A DNA stretch of 25,158 bases from a virus (lineage: Duplodnaviria > Caudoviricetes). Location of the stretch: positions 1 through 25,158 of the IMG/VR virus record IMGVR_UViG_3300016474_001122. One strand, written 5' to 3'. Both the position numbers and the translations under genes were made by a program. The notes under the pieces were generated by a model. It saw only the letters and a list, made by a program, of their open reading frames with translations. It searched no databases and was not told where the DNA came from. Below, in pieces: positions 19,528 to 25,158 of this stretch (its first letter is position 1; every line of letters starts with the position of its first letter).

Positions 19528-21371
19528 CAGATTGCCTTTCCAACAATGTCAACTTCAGGATATCTAATTTCAAATATTCCTCCTGGTGGTGGGATGATTA
19601 CGCCTTTTTTAATGTTGTTTTGAACATCAAAAGTATAATCACTATAAGTTCTGTTATTGACTATCCCGTTCACATTTTTGAACAATTTGTTTTGATCGTA
19701 ATCAATTGACAATACTCCATTCACAGAAAATATCGTATTGATAACTTCCGATATTATTATTGGCTGATCAATGTGAAAATTTCTAATATCAAAGAAATTT
19801 TGCAACCTGTTGAGTATCTGTTGCAACAGGATGTTTTTATTCATACTTGGGTCAATTACAACATTGAATTGCAATTTCAAATTAATAACAATTGCATCCA
19901 AGATATCAATCGCATCAGATATCATTCTATATGGATCCAAATATTTGACCAAATTTTGTTTAAGAGTGTCTGATGATGTTGTCAATAGTTTTTGATCTGG
20001 TGATCTTGAAATTATGAAAAGTTGAGTTGCTAGAGGGTTATTTGGATTTGATCTTACAGTCGCTCTAAATACTCTACCAAAATTTGAAGGTAGAGTGTAT
20101 ACCCTCGCCAGCAAATCTTCTTTTGTTACGATTCTTTCTTGGGAATTTTTAACTGTAGGTATTAGTTGTCTTAGATCTTCAATTGTTGGAGAATCTTCTC
20201 CTCCACTCGCAGGTGATAGATTTGAAACTTGAATTGAATTTCTTACTGCTACAGCAAATTGCAAAGGCGGATTTTGAGGAAAAAATACGTTAATTGCTTT
20301 TATATTTCTTACACTATCTACAGGAACGTTGTGACTCAAACCGCCACCATATCTATAGGTTATATTCAGGGTCACGTCAGTGGCCGCTACGCCCAAAGTA
20401 TTCGTTTGTAGCAATTTTTGTGGATTGACAGAAATTCTTGAAAAGGTTTTTGTGTATGGAAATGAAATTGCAAATTCTGATGGATCAGGTATTACGTCAT
20501 CTTCAATTGTGTTTGCATTCCCACCACCAAATGTAAGAACTGTTTTTCTGTTTGAAATTTCAGTATTTGATATGAACCTGTAAGGAGCAGGAATTATTTT
20601 TATTGATTCTGGGACTATGCTGTTATCTTTTGACGTGTTTATAACATTTTTGTAAACTACGTCGTGTGTAAGAGCCTTTACTTCATAGTAAATATTTCCA
20701 GAGGTATCACTAACATTGACTACTTCTGTAACGTTAGGATTAGTCAACATTATTTGCCTAAATGGCACAAATGTTGACCCAATCACAAAATTTTCTGTTG
20801 TTTGTTTACCTGAAACGCAAACACCAGTTAGGGCCATAATATATGACGTTATCACTCCAGATGGAGACTTTGAACCTACTTTAATTTCAGCTTTATAACT
20901 ACCGTCAGAATTTGTCTTTGAAAAATCTACATCTTCAAGCAATATAAAATCAATATTACCAGTTGTGAAAATGCTATCAGCTAGCACTCTAGGGATACAA
21001 TCACTTCTTGGTGATGAACCAGTCGAATCTGCCGGAACTTCTATATAAATTGTTACTTGAACGGTAGCGGGTGAAGATCCAACTATGGGAACTCCTGCCA
21101 TACGTAGATGTTTTTGAATGTTGTTAGTTTCAACCGCAGTTTCATAATTTATCTCTCCATATTGATGGTCGAGATAAAATGACATGTTGTCACCAACATA
21201 TGCAGCCATATCCAAAAACAAACCTCCCAAAGAAGATTCAGAAAAATCTTTAAGTTTGTCTGGGTAATATGATTGCGCATATTCTAGAATTTGAGCTCTT
21301 AGCGCATCAAAGTCCTTTGCAAGATATTTTCTTTGTCTTACCGGTATTATATCAGTTTTCTTTAGCGCCAT
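19527..21371 (-). CDS. Baseplate wedge subunit (T4 gp6/baseplate J-like)
   Basis: KDFDALRAQI...DFSESSLGGLFLDMAAYVGDNMSFYLD, YRYGGG, ASGGED, QERIVTKED motifs. Confidence 0.9.
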   Translation of the reverse strand: MALKKTDIIPVRQRKYLAKDFDALRAQILEYAQSYYPDKLKDFSESSLGGLFLDMAAYVGDNMSFYLDHQYGEINYETAVETNNIQKHLRMAGVPIVGSSPATVQVTIYIEVPADSTGSSPRSDCIPRVLADSIFTTGNIDFILLEDVDFSKTNSDGSYKAEIKVGSKSPSGVITSYIMALTGVCVSGKQTTENFVIGSTFVPFRQIMLTNPNVTEVVNVSDTSGNIYYEVKALTHDVVYKNVINTSKDNSIVPESIKIIPAPYRFISNTEISNRKTVLTFGGGNANTIEDDVIPDPSEFAISFPYTKTFSRISVNPQKLLQTNTLGVAATDVTLNITYRYGGGLSHNVPVDSVRNIKAINVFFPQNPPLQFAVAVRNSIQVSNLSPASGGEDSPTIEDLRQLIPTVKNSQERIVTKEDLLARVYTLPSNFGRVFRATVRSNPNNPLATQLFIISRSPDQKLLTTSSDTLKQNLVKYLDPYRMISDAIDILDAIVINLKLQFNVVIDPSMNKNILLQQILNRLQNFFDIRNFHIDQPIIISEVINTIFSVNGVLSIDYDQNKLFKNVNGIVNNRTYSDYTFDVQNNIKKGVIIPPPGGIFEIRYPEVDIVGKAI

Positions 21372-21426
21372 TTACTCACCATTTATCTGTAATTATTTCA
21401 GTGTCCTAATAGACAACCTACACAAA

Positions 21427-21903
21427 TTACATAGCATATAGATTAATTTCTAGTTGTCCATTGGTGTATTCAAGAACAGGGATGCTATATGTAATTTTTA
21501 TATTAATGTGTGCTATAGAGTTATCATTCTTATCGTGACTTATTGTCGATGCATAATTTTCCAATGAAATATATGGCATCCAACGACTAACAGCACCAGA
21601 AATTTTTTCAATCGCCTTTGAATCAAAGTCGTCATCTGATATAAGCTCAGACATAGTGGGTTTCAAATTTGCGCCAAAGTCATACAACCCCACCCGTTCA
21701 CCCCAATTTGTCAAAATCAAGTTTCTTAGATTGTCTCTGGTTGTTTCAATCAAATTGTCGTATGTGATAAATATTTCTCCTTGTCCGGACTCATTTATTT
21801 GCAATGGAGTTTTTATACCAATGGGAGTTTTTTTACTCTCTAGTTGTTCTACGACTTTTTGTTCTTGCGTTTTACCTACGCTTTTAAAGTTATAAGTTGC
21901 CAC
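21427..21903 (-). CDS. Baseplate gp25/GPW-like protein (sheath initiator)
   Basis: DNLRNLILTNWGERV..DFGANL and VSRWMPYI. GTG start. Directly upstream of the gp6-like gene. Confidence 0.9.
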   Translation of the reverse strand: MATYNFKSVGKTQEQKVVEQLESKKTPIGIKTPLQINESGQGEIFITYDNLIETTRDNLRNLILTNWGERVGLYDFGANLKPTMSELISDDDFDSKAIEKISGAVSRWMPYISLENYASTISHDKNDNSIAHINIKITYSIPVLEYTNGQLEINLYAM

Positions 21904-21914
21904 GATTTAAATAA

Positions 21915-23588
21915 TAACTCTTGTGTTGGATTTGCAGATTCTTCAAGAACAAAGTCCGGGTTCCAAATTTTAGTTATCAATTTTGTTTTTGAAATTTTAC
22001 TAATAATTGAATTAGGTTTCCACGCACTCATATATTCTTTTTTATAAGCACGTTCTACAAGCTTATCCAGGTCTACCCAACCCAAAAGAATTGTATTACT
22101 TGGATTACTAGACTGTAGGTTGGCACCTTCTCCATTATCACCAACAAGTGTTCTTGTGTCCGGATGATAACTTTTTCTAACCCATGCTGTTTGTTGATTT
22201 GATGCAGGACCTTGACCAGCGTCCGCTGTCACAACTGAAATTTTACCACCATCAACCTTAACATCAGAAATAATACCAATGTGTGTAACATCATTTTTAC
22301 CTCTATTTCCAACAAAATAAATATCGCCAGATTTTGGTATCACGTCTCCCTTTGCAGGAACGTATGCACGAGCATATTTTCCTGTTATATAAACGCCTTG
22401 TGGGCCTGGGACAAGTGACAATTTTGATATATTATCTGGATTGGTGATGTCAGACAAGTCAAAATTTGGATCTTCCTTAACAAAATCCGAAAACACTGCG
22501 GCAGGAAGCATTCCACAAGTTGTCACTTTACTTCCTTTTATTATTCCTTCTGGAGCTGGGCCTGGTGTATATGTTGGCCACAAAGCCTTTCCGTTAGGGT
22601 GTGCACCAGGTTTTGCAACTGATTGTCTTCCTGAGTAATAAATTTCCTTACCTACTGTTCCCCATTTATTTTCCGGTCCCATATATTTTCTCAAAGAATT
22701 TAGAAATTTTTTCCTCACCCTTGTCAGATCTTCTGCACCTTTTTCTTTTGGTGGATTTTTTGCGAATTTGAAATAATCAGCCAAAAATCCCGTTGCACCT
22801 TTCCTACCCCCATCACCAATAACCTTTGCGGTGGCAGCAATTATTGCAGCTTGACCTGTGAACGTTGAAAGATCTTGAACAGCAACCACTTTAGTGAAAT
22901 CCCCAGGTTCACTTGGACCAAACATTTGTTTTTCTATTGCTTTTTCAATTGCAAAACAAGGATCAGGTATTGGAAATAGATTTAGCAAAATCTTCGGATC
23001 AAGAAGACTAAGCGCAATTTCAATAGCAACCTTTGGTAGTTTCAAAGCCCAAAGATCAAATTGAAACTTTTGATCAAAATTTGGTGGAAGATTGATACTA
23101 AGATCAATTTTTGGTTCTGGAATGTTGAACTTGGGAGGTACTTCTGGAATTAGCAGCGGAGGTACTTTCAATCCAAATTCCAAGGGAGATAGATCAAAAA
23201 TTAGCGCTAGTTCAGGCAACGTTATTATCGGAAGATCTAGAATGTTGAAATCAATGTCTGGTATGTTAAGGGCAACACTCAACGCAAAAGGATCTATAAA
23301 TGGGGGTGGCAATGAAAAACTGCCTTGAACGTCTAGAGCACGTGCAACATCTCGATATGTATTCATAATGACAGAATAAAATTCTGGGTACTTTTCCCTA
23401 TTTTCAAGATCATCAGGTATTAGGCCCGGTATGGGATTTATCAATTTACCTGTTTGACATGGGAATGGTGACGCACCTGCAAAACCTTTTTTGCCTATTT
23501 CCTTATATCGTTCTACGGTTGCATTTATAAATGCCTCTGTCAATTCATTATTTTCTAGCACACCTGTGCTATGCATAACGCCTGTCAT
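21915..23588 (-). CDS. Baseplate-associated protein with Pro/Leu-rich region and C-terminal CHAP/NlpC-P60-like amidase domain
   Basis: TTCG(Cys)...PKSGDIYF...THIGII(His)...DAGQG...LLGWVD. Ends TTA-TTA 11 nt before the gp25 start (standard end 21876 overlaps gp25). Confidence 0.6.
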
Positions 23589-23600
23589 GATATACCTCTA

Positions 23601-25103
23601 TAATTTAGCCCCAGTAACCAGTATCTTTTTAGCCCAAGTGCCTTGAGTTTTAATTCCCGTTCCACCAAACTTCCCTCCCATTGTGTTAGTAAGGGCGGGC
23701 GTTGTGGGATCAACTTCACCAAGACCTGACAATTTTGCAGGAAGATCTGTGCACAATAGTGCTCTGTCTGCGCTATCGTCTCCCAACTTAATGAAACCTT
23801 CATCTGATGGTTTAAAAACAATATCCCCATTACTTTTTATTATTATTGTTGAAAATAGATTCTTGTCTGTATTTTCAATAAACTCTCCAGCTGGGTTTGT
23901 GAACCCACCGGATACCATAATTTCAACGTCCTGTCTGGCTATAATTCTAACTTTGTCTGATTTAATGATAATTGCTCCATCGCCATTTGGACCATCTGAT
24001 ACATTGAAATTTTCTTCATTATGTTGAAATATTCCCAAACCACTATCTACAAATGTTTTTTGTGACAAAAGAATTCTACTTTTGTCACTAAACCAATCAG
24101 GATCTCCTTCAAATTGTTGCAATTTTGAAGGCATTTTTTCAAGTTCTTCTTTAAAGTTTGTTCCATCTGATATTTTCTTTGATGTTGCAACATTACCAGA
24201 AGTAGTTTCGGTTTGACCTCTGCCTACAACAATGTCAATTGCACCCGCGGCCCCTTTATTTTCTATAGCGTCTGAGACTGGTGTGATAGGAATCTTTCCT
24301 TTTGCTGAACCTTCTTGAACGTAGTTTGAAGCAGGCCCTATTCTATTTGTTCCCAAAGAAATTAGGGTATTATTACTACCCTCCAGGACTAGATCGGCAG
24401 GTCTTTTTCGATATCTTGGAACTGCCTCATAAGTGGTTACTTTTGATGCATCTGAATCTGTCAATAGGCTTTCGTACGCATTTGATTCTGCACCATTTAC
24501 ACCTCTCAAAACGGTAGTTTCAGGTATTGTATATCTTTGTCCGTTATCTTCTCCAGCTCTACCATTTCTAAATTCATAAATTGCGTCAGTATTTCCTTGA
24601 AATTTTTCTTTTGTGCCAGGCAAAAATGTTGATTCAAAAGCCCTAGGAGGATGTGTGTGATTAACGTCATCTACGTAACCAATTTCTGTTATTTTACAGA
24701 ACCAATAACCAATGTCCATTTTTATTGAACCTGGTGCTTCGAACATTACCCAGACGTGCTCTCCTGCTTTACATGGCAGTGCTAGGTGAGATGGAAAGAA
24801 TGGAAACAGAATCATTGGAGTTTCTGAAGCGGTTGACAAACCGTCAGATATTCTTTGTCCAATTATTGCATTTCTAGGTGGGTATGCAGCATACTTTATG
24901 TTAGATACGCCCAATGCCTCCCAATATGCAACTTTGTCAGTGTCAATTATTTGTGGATCAAATATTACATCTAGTACAACGTATCGATAAAAATTAGGAT
25001 GTTGATTTGTTGAACCTTGAAAATATGTCGCTCTTTCCTTTAGTATTCTTTCAGCATTACCTTCAGCAAAGTGCTTATCAATCTTTTCATATCCATTTTT
25101 CAT
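23601..25103 (-). CDS. Baseplate hub/central spike protein (gp5/VgrG-like)
   Basis: FPFFPSHLALPCKAGEHVWV OB-fold-like motif, DLVLEGSNNTLISLG, short beta-strand repeats at the C-terminus. Upstream of gp25. Ends TTA-TAG (standard end 23598). Confidence 0.65.
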
Positions 25104-25158
25104 AATCCACCACTCTTTATTCTTTCAAACATTTCTTCAGGATTAATTTCATCGCTTG
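25103..25158 (-). CDS. 3' end of an upstream gene (...SDEINPEEMFERIKSGG)
   Basis: Open frame ending GGA-TTA-TGA and overlapping the ATG at 25103. Confidence 0.5.

Noticed and set aside
8126-24517. Many short plus-strand ORFs opposite the baseplate operon, and similar shadow ORFs at 316-2011 and 3094-7690
   Set aside because: Antisense or off-frame shadows of long genes with no motifs. The lack of TTA codons also removes TAA stops from the antisense frame, which inflates such ORFs.
1-25158. Stop-to-sense recoding (TAG=Gln code 15, or TGA=Trp/Gly)
   Set aside because: ORFs up to 1359 aa are uninterrupted in code 11. TGA forms ATGA/TGATG couplings. No suppressor tRNA is present.
1-25158. Simple rare-codon avoidance (Streptomyces bldA-like)
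   Set aside because: Avoidance predicts depletion everywhere, not concentration at gene ends and TTATG overlaps. Not fully excluded without proteomics.

Overview
AT-rich (visually about one-third GC) segment of a large, probably jumbo, contractile-tailed (myovirus-like) phage. The minus strand holds a tail/baseplate operon at 8.0-25.1 kb (gp5-like hub/spike, CHAP-like hydrolase, gp25-like, gp6/baseplate-J-like, gp7-like wedge, large structural proteins, collagen-LamG fibre) and a second fibre module at 0.07-2.6 kb. A plus-strand accessory island (2.7-8.0 kb) lies between them with four tRNAs, a tRNA-like element, Pth2, NADAR, a GH73-like hydrolase and small lipoproteins. Main result: TTA behaves as a stop codon. 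Reading codons by eye, I found no internal in-frame TTA in about 8,000 codons of credible genes, although TTA is normally a leading Leu codon at this GC. TTA does occur at or just before the 3' end of 15 of about 26 gene ends, forms TTATG stop/start overlaps and tandem stops (TTA-TAA, TTA-TAG, TTA-TGA, TTA-TTA), and removes gene overlaps. The only Leu tRNA here is CAA (reads UUG only). Two tRNAs have non-canonical cloverleaves. CDS coordinates use TTA as a stop, with standard-code ends noted. Product calls come from recalled motifs, not database searches.
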